The notes: generated by a model not told the origin, from the letters alone. A stretch of 63,704 nucleotides of DNA, filler included, from Octopus bimaculoides (GCF_001194135.2; 11 parts of 11 records of this genome joined end to end with filler, not necessarily neighbours in it); one strand, 5' to 3'; shown: positions 36,982 to 50,090, numbered from the whole stretch's first letter. Numbers and translations: made by a program.

Positions 36982-39900
36982 NNNNNNNNNNNNNNNNNNN
37001 NNNNNNNNNNNNNNNNNNNNNNNNNNNNNNNNNNNNNNNNNNNNNNNNNNNNNNNNNNNNNNNNNNNNNNNNNNNNNNNNNNNNNNNNNNNNNNNNNNNN
37101 NNNNNNNNNNNNNNNNNNNNNNNNNNNNNNNNNNNNNNNNNNNNNNNNNNNNNNNNNNNNNNNNNNNNNNNNNNNNNNNNNNNNNNNNNNNNNNNNNNNN
37201 NNNNNNNNNNNNNNNNNNNNNNNNNNNNNNNNNNNNNNNNNNNNNNNNNNNNNNNNNNNNNNNNNNNNNNNNNNNNNNNNNNNNNNNNNNNNNNNNNNNN
37301 NNNNNNNNNNNNNNNNNNNNNNNNNNNNNNNNNNNNNNNNNNNNNNNNNNNNNNNNNNNNNNNNNNNNNNNNNNNNNNNNNNNNNNNNNNNNNNNNNNNN
37401 NNNNNNNNNNNNNNNNNNNNNNNNNNNNNNNNNNNNNNNNNNNNNNNNNNNNNNNNNNNNNNNNNNNNNNNNNNNNNNNNNNNNNNNNNNNNNNNNNNNN
37501 NNNNNNNNNNNNNNNNNNNNNNNNNNNNNNNNNNNNNNNNNNNNNNNNNNNNNNNNNNNNNNNNNNNNNNNNNNNNNNNNNNNNNNNNNNNNNNNNNNNN
37601 NNNNNNNNNNNNNNNNNNNNNNNNNNNNNNNNNNNNNNNNNNNNNNNNNNNNNNNNNNNNNNNNNNNNNNNNNNNNNNNNNNNNNNNNNNNNNNNNNNNN
37701 NNNNNNNNNNNNNNNNNNNNNNNNNNNNNNNNNNNNNNNNNNNNNNNNNNNNNNNNNNNNNNNNNNNNNNNNNNNNNNGATCACCTCTCCATCAGTCAGT
37801 CACCTCTTTACTCCTCCCAATCTCTGGCCATCATCTCTGCCCTACATTCCATCCAAATCATTTTATCACAGATACCCCTCAATCCCCTTGACCCTCGTTC
37901 ATCTTTCAGTAGATTTGCAGTTTTCCTAAAGAATTTAGTAAAGTGATGAACAAGGGTGGACATTTACTATGTCAAGTCCTGAACAGAGATGAAATAGCCC
38001 TTTATCAGCAACAGATACCTGAGGAAAAGAAGCTGCACCAAAAGGTTCGAAGTGTTATGATATTTTCCCATCATTTCCGTTTTTATTTACTGGTTTTGTT
38101 ATGAAATCTTATTCTTGCCATGAAACAAGATCATCATGTGTGTTTGAAGAAAATGTCCATAGGTGATATTTGGTTAAGTTATGGGGTCCCCATGTGTTCT
38201 ATGATTCGCTTGTCACTGATTCATTTAACATAGTAGTTTGGGGAAATGATCACACACAAGAAACAAGGATAGATGTGCAACTCTTACCTATATTTTATTT
38301 GGGTCACAAGCTACCAAAACAAGTTTTCCAAAAGAAATTATGAATTCTCAGAAGAAACAAAAATGTCAAAAACTGGAAGATTACAAAATAAAGGTGGATG
38401 GAAGGCAAAAATTTTGGCTCCCACCCAGTTTACTTTTCTTTAAAAAATCACGTGGTGTCATAATCTACAATACTTAAAACATAGATATCCTAAGAAATTG
38501 CGGATGTTTAGGTAGGCAAAATAATTTCCGACTCTATTCTATAGGGTTACCGTGTACGTGTTGGTGGTGAAGGCTACTCAGTCCCAAGGACATATTCTCT
38601 CATAATATAATAGTTATATCGTCACACATGGTAAGAAGTTGTTTATCCTAATACCTAGTAATATTTTACTTTTCATAATTTCAGCAGATTTTAGAGTCTC
38701 ATCGAAGTTAAGTTTACTAATTACACCGCTTTATTCCCGTTTAGGTAATTAATTACGCCGCTTTACGGTTAATGTTTACAATATTACCCGGAAACGAAAT
38801 AAAAATTTAAAAAATACTGCAACGGGTGTAAAAAAATGTGTAGGGAACGAATATGAAAACAAAAATGCGTGAAAGCAATGGGGGAGGGTGGAAGGACTTC
38901 GGAAAATTCACAAGATCCGAGGTTTTCGCCCATAACTTTGAGGAAAATATCGTTTCATGAAATTTTATGAAAATACCTTTCAAACGACATGCATTATGGA
39001 TACCGAAAGTGTCGTAAACCCCTTATTTTTTGTTCGGATAAAAGGGGAGGGGGAATCCCCCAAAACTCCTTTTTTGAAGGTGAGATGCGAAACTGCATTA
39101 GCTCCTTTTCTTTACCCATATTTTAAGATAACATTTCGCAGAAATACGTTTTTCTAGAGTGTGGATTACATTAGATTGAAAATTCAAACAAGTTTGAGAA
39201 GAATGATAAGTGATAATGCTGAAGTTATGAAAATTAGTGGTAACGAAGTCTGGATAGGAGAGAAAAAATGATACAAAATCCTTAGAAAAGCCACGTTAGT
39301 GTTTGTGTGTGAAACAAGTAAAAGCATAAAATTAAAACAAAATACCTTTTACATACCTCTTAAAAATCACTGGATTGCAGATTATAGCATATAAGGTCAC
39401 CGTAATTCCTTCATCGAACGAAAGAAAAACATTTTTCAATAATTCCAGTTTCTCCTCCCCCACCACCAGTTTTTTTTTTTTTTTCTGAACAGAAATAAGG
39501 GGTTTGCAGCACATTAGACATACGTAATGCATGCCGTTTGAAAGGTGTGTATTCTCCACCATCCTTGCTTTAGTAATATTCATTACTAATTGATTTACTT
39601 TACATCTCCAGTGACAGTCGATCAAAAGGTTTTGAAAAATCACAGACCAACGTTTCACTTACGAAGTTAGTATCGAAGTCGAAGGGCTCACATAATTATA
39701 TTTATTATTAAAGCCTTCAAATAAACCTTTGACAACTTACCGCTTTCTTATATTAACATTGAGCCAGTGCTCCATAAACAACATTCATCAAGCAACTGTC
39801 TGCAGTGATATCTGGAACGAACATTTGCATATTTCTCGGCGACACCTGTAGGCAGGTTCGAACGTAAAATATGCCGAGCGCTGTCGTGTATGCCTTAGGA

Positions 39901-40439
39901 GAGTAACTTCTTCCATTTAATACAGCAGGGAGTTCAACACAATCACCTGCTTCGATAACTGGCTTTCTGGGCACCGGTGTATCAACATGTTGTACCTCGA
40001 AAGCCAGAAGTAGCCGGAACTTTGAGACTAGGCATAGTCAATGGCTTTGTATATGCTATCAGCGAACAAATTGTCTAATGAGCAGTGCTTTATTTGCCGA
40101 TCGATAAAAAATCGTTATCTGCACCGTCTATAACGTTATTTGCACATCTATATCGGGTAACATATTGCTAGTACTTCTTTCTATAACTACTAAATATCAC
40201 TTCCTCTCTTTTTCTGGTGTATCACCCACCATGCCACAAAACTTAATACAAAAATATTGTTATTAAAACTGTTAAATCTCTTAATAAAAAAATCGAAATG
40301 AAATACTAACGATTTATAAAGCAGATTATTTCATTATCGACATTTATGCAGCTACACTTTTCGTTCCGCTTACTCTCTATACCAAATTCTCTTTTTGTAT
40401 TTGCCTGCATTGTTTTGATCGTATTATTAGTAACGATGC

Positions 40440-40550
40440 ATTTAAGGCAGCGACCTCGCAGAATCGTTAGTGCGCCAGACAAATTGCTTTGTGGCATTTC
40501 GTCTGGCTTTATGCTTTCAGTTCAAACTCCACCGAGGCCGACTTTGACTT
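40440..40550 (-). mobile_element. Diverged SINE head (same family as 49852-50090)
   Basis: Minus strand GCGAGGTCGC...CGTTAGTG in reverse, with AAAGTCGGCCTCGGTGGAGTTTGAACT matching the ...TCAAATTCCGCCGAGGTCGACTTT block. Confidence 0.6.
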
Positions 40551-41398
40551 GCATCTTTTCGGTGGCGATAAAAATATGCTCTTGCGTAGATCTCATCAGC
40601 TTACTCTCTCATCCTAAATTGCAAGCCTTGAACTTATTGTCAAAAGGATTATTAATCCCAGATATATGTACCTAAATCGCCTATTTCTCTATTTTTATCC
40701 GTTTTATTCAGCCAAGTGGCAAATTGTAACAGCAGTGATTGTTTTAATCCCTTTTTTCTTGTCTTAGTATGTGGTTGGCTGGGAGTTTATGCTACTGACA
40801 TAGTCAAATGAGACTGAAATATCCATCTAGCATTTTTATCACCATTGCAGGATAGTTTTTATCTGTTTCTGATATACACAGACATCTCAAAAGTAAATAG
40901 ACAGCATCATTTTTTCTTTTTTTGGTAATATATTTTTAGAAATAAAATAGGTCATTTAATGCAGTTAAATACTTAAACCAAATATTCAGCAGACATACCT
41001 TGTGCAGTTTTAGAAGATTTTGAAGTTTAGCATTGGATTAAAGAGGAAAATCAGTCAGATGAAACAGCACAATGAGAGTAGTGGACTATTTACTTTTGAG
41101 ATGTCTGTAATTGTTATTTCTAAATACATTATGTCCATACGAGATATAATCAGTGGATGAATAATCTCAGTTAATTTGCTTTCTCAAGATGTATTTACAT
41201 TGAGTGACACACAGATGGTTATTTCTTCTGTTTCATTCAATGCTATATAAATAGATTTTCTGAAGATTGCCAAGTATCAGTATTCATGAAATTACTACAT
41301 ATACCAGCAAGAAGAGGAAGAGAATGTCTTCAACACACATCAAGTGGTATGTTTGTTGCACAGCATTTAATTCAATCTGAATGTTGACGTCGATATAG

Positions 41399-42296
<898 letters not shown>

Positions 42297-42537
42297 TCAT
42301 CAACTGGAAACTTTGAAGATATTTTAAGATGCTTGTAATCCAAGTTGAATTAGAAATATTATCTTGTACATATTCCAGATAATGAGGTAGATAAAATTAC
42401 TTCTAATCTCAGTTTACAAATAATATTAAATGAGTGAGATATATCTGTTATGTATAACATCTTCCTTTAATCTTTAAAAGTTGATAAATTTTGAGAATGT
42501 ACTTGGAGATTCTTTGATGCCAATGTCATCAGATAAT

Positions 42538-42575
42538 CTGGAATAATAAACAAGAATATAAGATAAAGAAGATAT
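42538..42575 (-). promoter_or_regulatory. 3' splice acceptor for the single coding exon of ZNF-B
   Basis: Minus strand TCTTCTTTATCTTATATTCTTGTTTATTATTCCAG|ATTATC, about 300 nt upstream of the ATG. Confidence 0.7.
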
Positions 42576-42698
42576 TTAGAATAGTGATACAACTGGGCAA
42601 ATTTGCCTAATTTTTTTTGTACAGATAAATTATATAGAAAAAAGCATCTATCTGAACCAAGTGAAGAATATGTCTCGCCATTTTTGAGATATATATAT

Positions 42699-43035
42699 CA
42701 TCATCATCATCGTTTAACGTCCGCTTTCCATGCTAGCATGGGTTGGACGATTTGACTGAGGACTGGTGAAACCAGATGGCTACACCAGGCACCAGTCTGA
42801 TTTGGTAGAGTTTCTACAGCTGGATGCCCTTCCTAACGCCAACCACTCAGAGAGTGTAGTGGGTGCTTTTACATGTCACCCGCACGAAGGCCAGTCAGGC
42901 GGTACTGGCAACGGCTACGTTCAAAATGGTGTATTTTATGTGCCACCCGCACAAGAGCCAGTCCAGGGGTACTGGCAACGATCACGCTCGAAAGTCCTTA
43001 CACATGCCGCGGGCACAAGTGCCATCACGATTTCA
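42699..43035 (+). mobile_element. Short non-autonomous retroelement related to the RTE 3' end ((CAT)n end, element on opposite strand); further copies at ~26300-26540 and ~48100-48395
   Basis: CATCATCATCGTTTAACGTCCGCTTTCCATGCTAGCATGGGTTGGACG and GGATGCCCTTCCTAACGCCAACCAC are shared with 24096-24160 and with the reverse complement of 48260-48390. Confidence 0.75.
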
Positions 43036-44085
43036 CTTTCACTTATATATATATATATATATTAGGAATACCAAAAAGTTATGTTGTATTTCATGTAGGG
43101 AGTTGAAATGAGTATAGAATATACTGTAAATATATCTATTTATTGAAAACATAATTGCCACTGTTAGTAACAACATTTTCCTACTTGAAATCAGTTTTCT
43201 GATTTCCTGGCCAAAAAAGCAGCTTCTTCAGAAAAGAAAAATGTAGCCTATTTACACAATCAAGCTTTTTATCCATACTGGTACGACTCTCCCACTACTA
43301 CCACTTCCATTCCCATTATCACCCCCCGCCACCTCACCTACTGTCTTCACCAATCGTCACCTTCCAACCTCTATGTTGTTCCCCATCATTAACACTTTGC
43401 TTATCTGCTATCACCCTCAATGCCATCACATACCTACCACAGTCCCCATCCCCCAAGCCTCTCCTATACTCTACTCCATCATTTCATTACAGTCACCAAA
43501 ATACCTCCTGCCCACTCAGCCCCTCCAAACCTCTGTATCACCTCACTTATTCTCACCCCCACCAATGTCCCTCAAGGACGTGTATCAATACACCTTTGCC
43601 ACCATCTCTCTCACTATTGCTCTCTTTATCTTACTCTCTAACTTGCTCCCCATTCCTTTTCAACTGGGGTACCCATGTATTTACTCTACAGCAAGACACC
43701 TATCCTTATCCCTCCATCTCTCAACTCATGCAGGGCCACTTTGCAACCAGATGCTTTAAGAGACGCCTTCACTAAAAAAGCCAAAAAAAAAAAGTAAATA
43801 TTTTCAGACAAACAGGTGTGACTAAAAGGATATTTGGCTGTTATTTCTAGCATTTCCCAAAACTGGTAAGGTTTAGGGTTGATAAAAATCATAAATCCCT
43901 ACCCCACACAATTTTTTAATAGTATAAATAAGTTTATGCTATTAATGGGGATAAAAATAGTGAGAAAGGAACGAGGGTGGTCATGGGAAATGCTAGAAAC
44001 AACAGCCAAATCTCCCTTAAATCACCTTTTCGTCAGAAAAAGTTGCAATTAAAATTTTTTTTTTTTTACCCAAAAGGCTGTGTGG

Positions 44086-44440
44086 CTTACTTGCCAACTA
44101 CATGGTTCTGGGTTCAGTCCCACTGCGTGGCACCTTGGGTGTCTTCTACTATAGCTTCGGGCCGGCCAAAGCCTTGTGAGTGGATTTGGTGGCCAGAAAC
44201 TGAAAGAAGCCCGCCGTATATATGTGTGTGTATATATTTATGCGAGTCATTGTTTGCCCCTTCCCCACCGTCGCTTGACAACCGATGTTGGTGTGTTTAT
44301 GTCCCCGTTACGTAGCGGTTCGGCAGAGACCGATAGAATAAGTACCAAGCTTACAAAGAATAAGTCCTGGGGTCGATTTCTCCGACTAAAAGGTGGTGCT
44401 CCAGCATGGCCGCAGTCAAATGACTGATACGAGTGAAAGA
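44086..44440 (+). mobile_element. Family S bipartite SINE, near complete (tRNA-like head, internal (TA/TG)n, 3' half); other pieces at ~36111-36290, 47226-47405, 48876-49040 (-), 57225-57300
   Basis: Multiple colinear copies in the window. Confidence 0.88.
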
Positions 44441-44590
44441 GCATTTTATTTTGCTATATGCGTGATCCCCACTGTTCACAAAACAAATATGGTTGGGGAG
44501 CACTGGTCTGGAATAAATATATACCTATTATTATACCTTACCTGTTATATTATTTACATTTGACGGATATTTATCATCTTGTTTGTTGTT

Positions 44591-44638
44591 AACACAACGT
44601 TTCGGCTGATATATACCCTCCAGCCTTCGTCAGGTGTC
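44591..44638 (-). ncRNA. Minimal type I hammerhead ribozyme motif with intact core
   Basis: GACAC-CUGACGA-A-GGCUG(GAGGGUAUAUAU)CAGCC-GAA-ACGU-U-GUGUU. 5-bp stem I, 5-bp stem II, palindromic stem III, GUU triplet (predicted cut 44596/44595). Confidence 0.85.
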
Positions 44639-44710
44639 TTGGGGAAATTTTGAACCTGGGTTCTCATTCCTAACGATGTTACTATTATTATTATTATTAC
44701 TATTATTAAT

Positions 44711-44786
44711 CAGGTCGCTGCCGTGAATCGAACTCGGAATCTTGGGGTTAGTAGCCCGCGCTCTTGACCACTACGCCATATGCCCG
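44711..44786 (-). promoter_or_regulatory. tRNA-derived head with Pol III A and B boxes
   Basis: A box TGGCGTAGTGG and B box GAGTTCGATTC, correctly spaced in a 76-nt tRNA-like sequence. The acceptor stem does not pair. Confidence 0.8.
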
Positions 44787-44833
44787 TCAAATGTAAAAAA
44801 ATTCCTCATCTCTTAAATATAGAACTGTCTTAC

Positions 44834-44952
44834 CTGTTATGTTACAGAAAACGTGTCATTATAGTGAAATAGCTTCAACACAACCAAACGTATTTCAACT
44901 TCGATTTTGTGTTAATAAATATTGGCAGAATGACACAAACGAAACGGAAGTG
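44834..44952 (-). promoter_or_regulatory. Putative promoter / non-coding first exon of ZNF-B
   Basis: ETS-type CACTTCCG (44945-44952, minus) followed about 110 nt later by the donor CAG|GTAAGA at 44834/44833. Inference only. Confidence 0.45.
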
Positions 44953-45249
44953 AGATATATCAGGTGACTTCCCGACTTCTCACAAACGTTCTCACATTAA
45001 CGAAAGAGCAACTGACAATGCTGTGACGTGAATCACCATGGTTACCATCTGGCTATGCGAAAAGACTTTCCATAAATGTCAGTATTGTTTATGTTAGGAT
45101 TCTTATATTTTTTCTATCAGCTGCGTTGGTGGTGGCGAAGATGATGTTATGGAAACAGGTGATTGTGATGGTGGTGATGATGGTACTGGTAATGATAGTG
45201 GTGGCGTAGTGATGATGATGGTCTACGCATAAACTTATATGTACCTACT

Positions 45250-46320
45250 GACTTTTGTTTATCGCTTCTGTAATCATCTACCGCCTGACCGTCGACCCTT
45301 GTCCCGATTCGTGGCTGAACAAGCTGGAACGCATGCTCTCCCGCTTTTTGTGGAGGGGCAGCAGACCTCTTGTAAGGCGCTCTATCTGCTGCCAAAAGCC
45401 GCTGAAGGGTGGTCTAGGAATGCCGTGGTTAAAAATGCGGAGACATGCGCTGAGGCTTAGGCACCTCTGGCTTTACCTGGACGGTGAGCAGGTGTGGTCT
45501 CCGTTCGTCAAGCTGTTATTTCCACAGTTCACATCGTTTTACTGAACTGGTGGCATGCAGAGTTTCATCAAGGCACTCGTGCTTTTCTCCTCAGTCGGGC
45601 AACGCCGGTGGCGGGGGCACTACCTCGTCTTTCTATAGAGGGTTAGTAGAGTTCAAGCGTGACGACGTACTGGGAGAAACCCTAGGCTTCGACGAAGAGC
45701 AACTCGCCGACCTATTCCGAAGAACATTCAAGCCGGGGCCTATGGATAGTTACCAGAAGTCCCTGGCGTGGCAATGTTACAGAGGCGCTTTACCGGTTCG
45801 AGGTAACCTCTTTAGAAACGGGTGTGCGCCTTCGCCTGTTTGTGCAAGATGCGAGCGGGACAGAGAAACTGTCCTGCACGCGATTGTGCAATGCCCCAAG
45901 GTGACTGAACCCTGAGCTTGTGTCGAACACCTGCTGTCGCATTCGAGAATAGTACAACTGTCGAGCGAATCTGTAATTAAGGTCGTTCCGCCGCCCTCCC
46001 TGAATAGGGAGGAGCGGGCTTGTTTTTTCTCGGTAGTTGCTGTTGCGAAAGAGGTGTAGTATAGAGTGAAAGGAACTGCAACAGGCATATTCATCTCCAG
46101 CCTCGGGTTTATTGACTTTTTCGTTTTCTACATGAAACGAAAAATAAAGTTGGAGAAGAAACGCCTGTCGCAAAGTGTGTTTCGTAAAAGATGGAAGTAT
46201 GTTGCGAGTGAAAGAACCTGTTTCAGCGAGTACAAAAAAAGGGAAAAAACGAAGTCTTCGGTGTGAGAATCTGGTTTGTGGGGTCGACCGCGCCCTCCGC
46301 TTCACTTTTTGTTCATCATT
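45250..46320 (+). mobile_element. Tx1/L1-clade LINE ORF2 C-terminal fragment, frameshifted
   Basis: KLERMLSRFLWRG...KGGLGMP, then a zf-RVT-type ALPVR...CARCERDRETVLHAIVQCP. Confidence 0.87.
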
Positions 46321-47222
46321 CATTCGCATTTAATTGTATATATTTAAAATTGTTTATACATACGTTTCGTTTCATTCGATCCCCTGATTCCCAATAATTG
46401 TTTTGTCTGTCCTCGTATCGTCCCCTCTTTTTCTTAACCTTATGGTGAATAAAGAAATTGAAAAAGAAAATAAGGAGACGAAAGGAGAAGAGAAAAGAAA
46501 AACAACAAAAGAAAAAATAAATTAAAAACAAAAACAAAAGAATATGAAATAAAAAAGGAAAGAAACTAAGAGAAAAACACAGGAAAAAGAAACAAAAACA
46601 AGACAAAAATCGTTTTTTACTTTTTTCTGTGGCTTTTCCTTTTTTTATTCTATTTTCATTTTTTCTTTTATATCATTTTTACTTTTGTTTCTTTTTCGTA
46701 ATTCATTTATTTTTCTTTGTTTTGTTTCTTGTTTATTTTGTTTTCTTTTCGTTTTTATTATCTATTTTCTTTCTCATTTTTATTTATCCTTTCTTTTCTT
46801 TTAAGTTTACCTCTTTTCCTTTTTTTATTTCTTCCTCCTTTTTCATTATTTTTCTTTTTTTAATTTTCATGTTTTCTTTCTATTGCTTTGTTTTCTTTTT
46901 CGTTTCTCTTCTCACCCCACTCCTCTTGTTTATCATAGTCCTCCAGGCCATAACAGAGGATAGACACTGTACTGGAGCTAGTCAAATAGATCCTATACCT
47001 GTAATGAAATAAGTAAATCCTTCTCACACACACACTGTCACACTTACTCCTCCTCATCATTTTAACGTTCCAATGGCATTGGGAGAAAAGTAGCAGAATA
47101 TTCAATGAGGAGAGAATTTCAGAACAGAAATATTTGATAAATAAATTATATACATTTATGGTCATATCATATCTTTTCAATGCTCTTTTCATTGTATTTT
47201 AAATAAATATATGATAACATGT

Positions 47223-47627
47223 TTATATCCCCATAACCTCGCAGTTCAGCAAAAGAACTAACAGAATAAGTATCAAATTATAGGCCCAGACATGGCTGTG
47301 TGGTTTAGAAGCTTGTTTCTCAACCAAGTGTTTTCAAGCTCAGTGCCACTGTATAGTAGCTTAGGTAAGCATCATCTTTCATAGCCCCAGACCAACCAAT
47401 GCCCTGTAAATGATGTCTTTATACATTAAAGCTTTTATCACTGACATACTGGGTTACCAATCCATTCAACAGAATTATCTGCCAAATACAATAACATAAA
47501 TGGAAAAAAATCAAAAAACAAAGAAACATTGTTTGTAACAATTCAATATCTGCATTCCTGATATTGCTACCAAAGAGAAAAAAATGAAGCAATTTGAATG
47601 ACAAACCTGGGGAACTTTATTTACTGC
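47223..47627 (+). repeat. 98%-identical copy of the ZNF-A 3' flank ending at the scaffold edge
   Basis: See 36108-36512. It ends 25 nt short of the position equivalent to the ZNF-A stop codon. Confidence 0.95.
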
Positions 47628-49851
47628 NNNNNNNNNNNNNNNNNNNNNNNNNNNNNNNNNNNNNNNNNNNNTTAATTAATTAANNNNNNNNNNNNNNNNN
47701 NNNNNNNNNNNNNNNNNNNNNNNNNNNGTGTGTGTGCGTGTGTGTGTGTGTTATACATATGCATGCATATATACACACACACACACACATACATACATAC
47801 ATACATACATACATACATACATACATACAAACACATATTTGAAGAAAAGCAACAAAAATTCAATAGGTTATAGCAGTACGTATGTTTCGTACAAACTTCA
47901 TTTATTCATATATGTTGCTTTTCTTCAAATTTTCTTCACCAAATCTCTTGATTTTGTTTTTGGTTTTTACCCTACCAAATTCTGGTGCCTCAAACATTTT
48001 AAGTACCACATTTAATCTTTTGATTAAATCTATATTATTATTACAAATACATATGTAGATATATGTGTATATATGACGAGGGATCGAGAGCTGTAGCAAT
48101 TTGCTGTACTTGAGATGTTTCAAGCCAAATAAAATCCATGCCAACCATACATACAGCCTCGTCCTCTACAGGAGACAGTGCCACATGAAATGCATTCATG
48201 CCAGTGCTGTATAAGCGCACCCGTGCCGGTGACACGTAAAAAGCACCCGGCATACTTTGTAAAGTGGTTGGCGTTAAGAAGGCCATCCAGCCATAGAAAC
48301 CATGTTACAAGAGACAATTGGAGTCTGGACGGCTCCCTGGCTGGCTAGCTCCTGCCAAACCGTCCAACTCATGCTAGCATGGAAAATTAACTTTAAACCA
48401 ATTAAATGAAACATGGAATAGGAATGGCGTTGCTGAAATTCAAACTGGCCAATATATCCTGTTCGTCATAATAATATGAACGTATAACTGCTTTAGGAAT
48501 TAAAGAGGAGCCATCATTGACTCCAGTATAATTTCCGGAGTTTGTTTCCTGTAAAAAGAATCACAAAGTGATAAACAATGGCTTACTATCTTATATATAA
48601 CATTAGCTACTGATCACATGTTCTCTCAATCCCCCTACACTCTGCCTCTCTCTCTCTCTTTCTCTCTCCACACGCACACACACACACACACACATACAAT
48701 GACACATGTACATACATATTGATGCAAACTCACATAAATCTCTCAAGCAAATTCTGTTAAGCTTCGTAAATTCAATTCTACACTATTTGCCACATGTTTG
48801 TATAATACTGAAGGTGGAAGTGGGGGGTGTGATGAATTTTTAGAGGGGGTGGAAGTGTGTATGCGTAATGTGTCTTTTACATGTTTCAGTCATAAGGCTG
48901 GGGCACCGCCACGAACAAGCCTAGTTGAACTAATCGACCCCAATGCTTTTTTAATCTAGTATTTACTCTATCAGTCACTTTTACCAAACCACTAAGTTAC
49001 AGGGATGTAAACACACCAACACCTGTTGTCAAGCAGTGATGGGTGGCAAACACCGACACGAACACACACACACACACACACACACCACAGGACTACTAAA
49101 TTATTTCTCCTCCGGCACATTTCCTCCCTCCCTCTGTCTTCTCTCTCTCTATCCGTCTCTCCTTCTATCCAACCATGCCATCCCATCCTCACTATCCTCT
49201 TGCTAGCATCCCGCTACCTTGCCCCGACTTCTNNNNNNNNNNNNNNNNNNNNNNNNNNNNNNNNNNNNNNNNNNNNNNNNNNNNNNNNNNNNNNNNNNNN
49301 NNNNNNNNNNNNNNNNNNNNNNNNNNNNNNNNNNNNNNNNNNNNNNNNNNNNNNNNNNNNNNNNNNNNNNNNNNNNNNNNNNNNNNNNNNNNNNNNNNNN
49401 NNNNNNNNNNNNNNNNNNNNNNNNNNNNNNNNNNNNNNNNNNNNNNNNNNNNNNNNNNNNNNNNNNNNNNNNNNNNNNNNNNNNNNNNNNNNNNNNNNNN
49501 NNNNNNNNNNNNNNNNNNNNNNNNNNNNNNNNNNNNNNNNNNNNNNNNNNNNNNNNNNNNNNNNNNNNNNNNNNNNNNNNNNNNNNNNNNNNNNNNNNNN
49601 NNNNNNNNNNNNNNNNNNNNNNNNNNNNNNNNNNNNNNNNNNNNNNNNNNNNNNNNNNNNNNNNNNNNNNNNNNNNNNNNNNNNNNNNNNNNNNNNNNNN
49701 NNNNNNNNNNNNNNNNNNNNNNNNNNNNNNNNNNNNNNNNNNNNNNATTACGGTGGTTTCCTTTTAAGTCAATGAAGGTTGTGACAGAGACGCTGAGTAC
49801 TTGCACGTGAGGTGGAATGTTAGGTGGAGTGCACAGAAAATCTTTTGGTAA

Positions 49852-50090
49852 GACGGCGAGCTGGCAGAAACGTTAGCACGCTGGGCGAAATGCTTAGCGG
49901 TATTTCGCCTGTCGTTACGTTCTGAGTTCAAATTCCGCCGAGGTCGACTTTGCCTTTCATCCTTTCGGGGTCGATTAAATGAATACAAGTTACACACTGG
50001 GGTCGATGTAATCGACTTAATCCCTTTGTCTCTGTCCTTGTTTGTCCCCTCTATGTTTAGCCCCTTGTGGGCAATAATGAAATAAGAAAA
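49852..50090 (+). mobile_element. Full-length tRNA-derived octopus SINE
   Basis: A box (GCTGGCAGAAACGTTAG), B box (GAGTTCAAATTCC), body GCCTTTCATCCTTTCGGGGTCGAT. Related copies at 259-367, 40440-40550 and 63464-63650. Confidence 0.88.

Larger units (their letters stand above)
44549..44828 (-). mobile_element. tRNA-headed, hammerhead-tailed element 'family B' with 12-bp TSD and inverted 3'-end copy
   Basis: TSD CTTACCTGTTAT at 44537-44548 and 44829-44840. tRNA-like head 44711-44786, (AAT)n linker ~44676-44710, hammerhead 44591-44638. 14-bp inverted repeat at 44553-44566 and 44784-44797. Confidence 0.85.

Noticed and set aside
39649-39656. GAAACGUU on the minus strand
   Set aside because: No upstream CUGANGA or stems.
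39753-40100. Helitron helicase C-terminus (NVVY ending)
   Set aside because: The diagnostic TINKSQG and GQLYVA motifs could not be recovered.
42756-42775. CUGAGGA followed by hairpin CUGGU-GAA-ACCAG
   Set aside because: The GAAA lies inside the hairpin loop; nothing equivalent follows the stem, so the topology is not a hammerhead.
44711-44786. Functional tRNA gene (also 49852-49935, 50816-50890 and 53370-53446)
   Set aside because: A/B boxes are present but acceptor stems do not pair and each continues into a repeat body; these are SINE heads.
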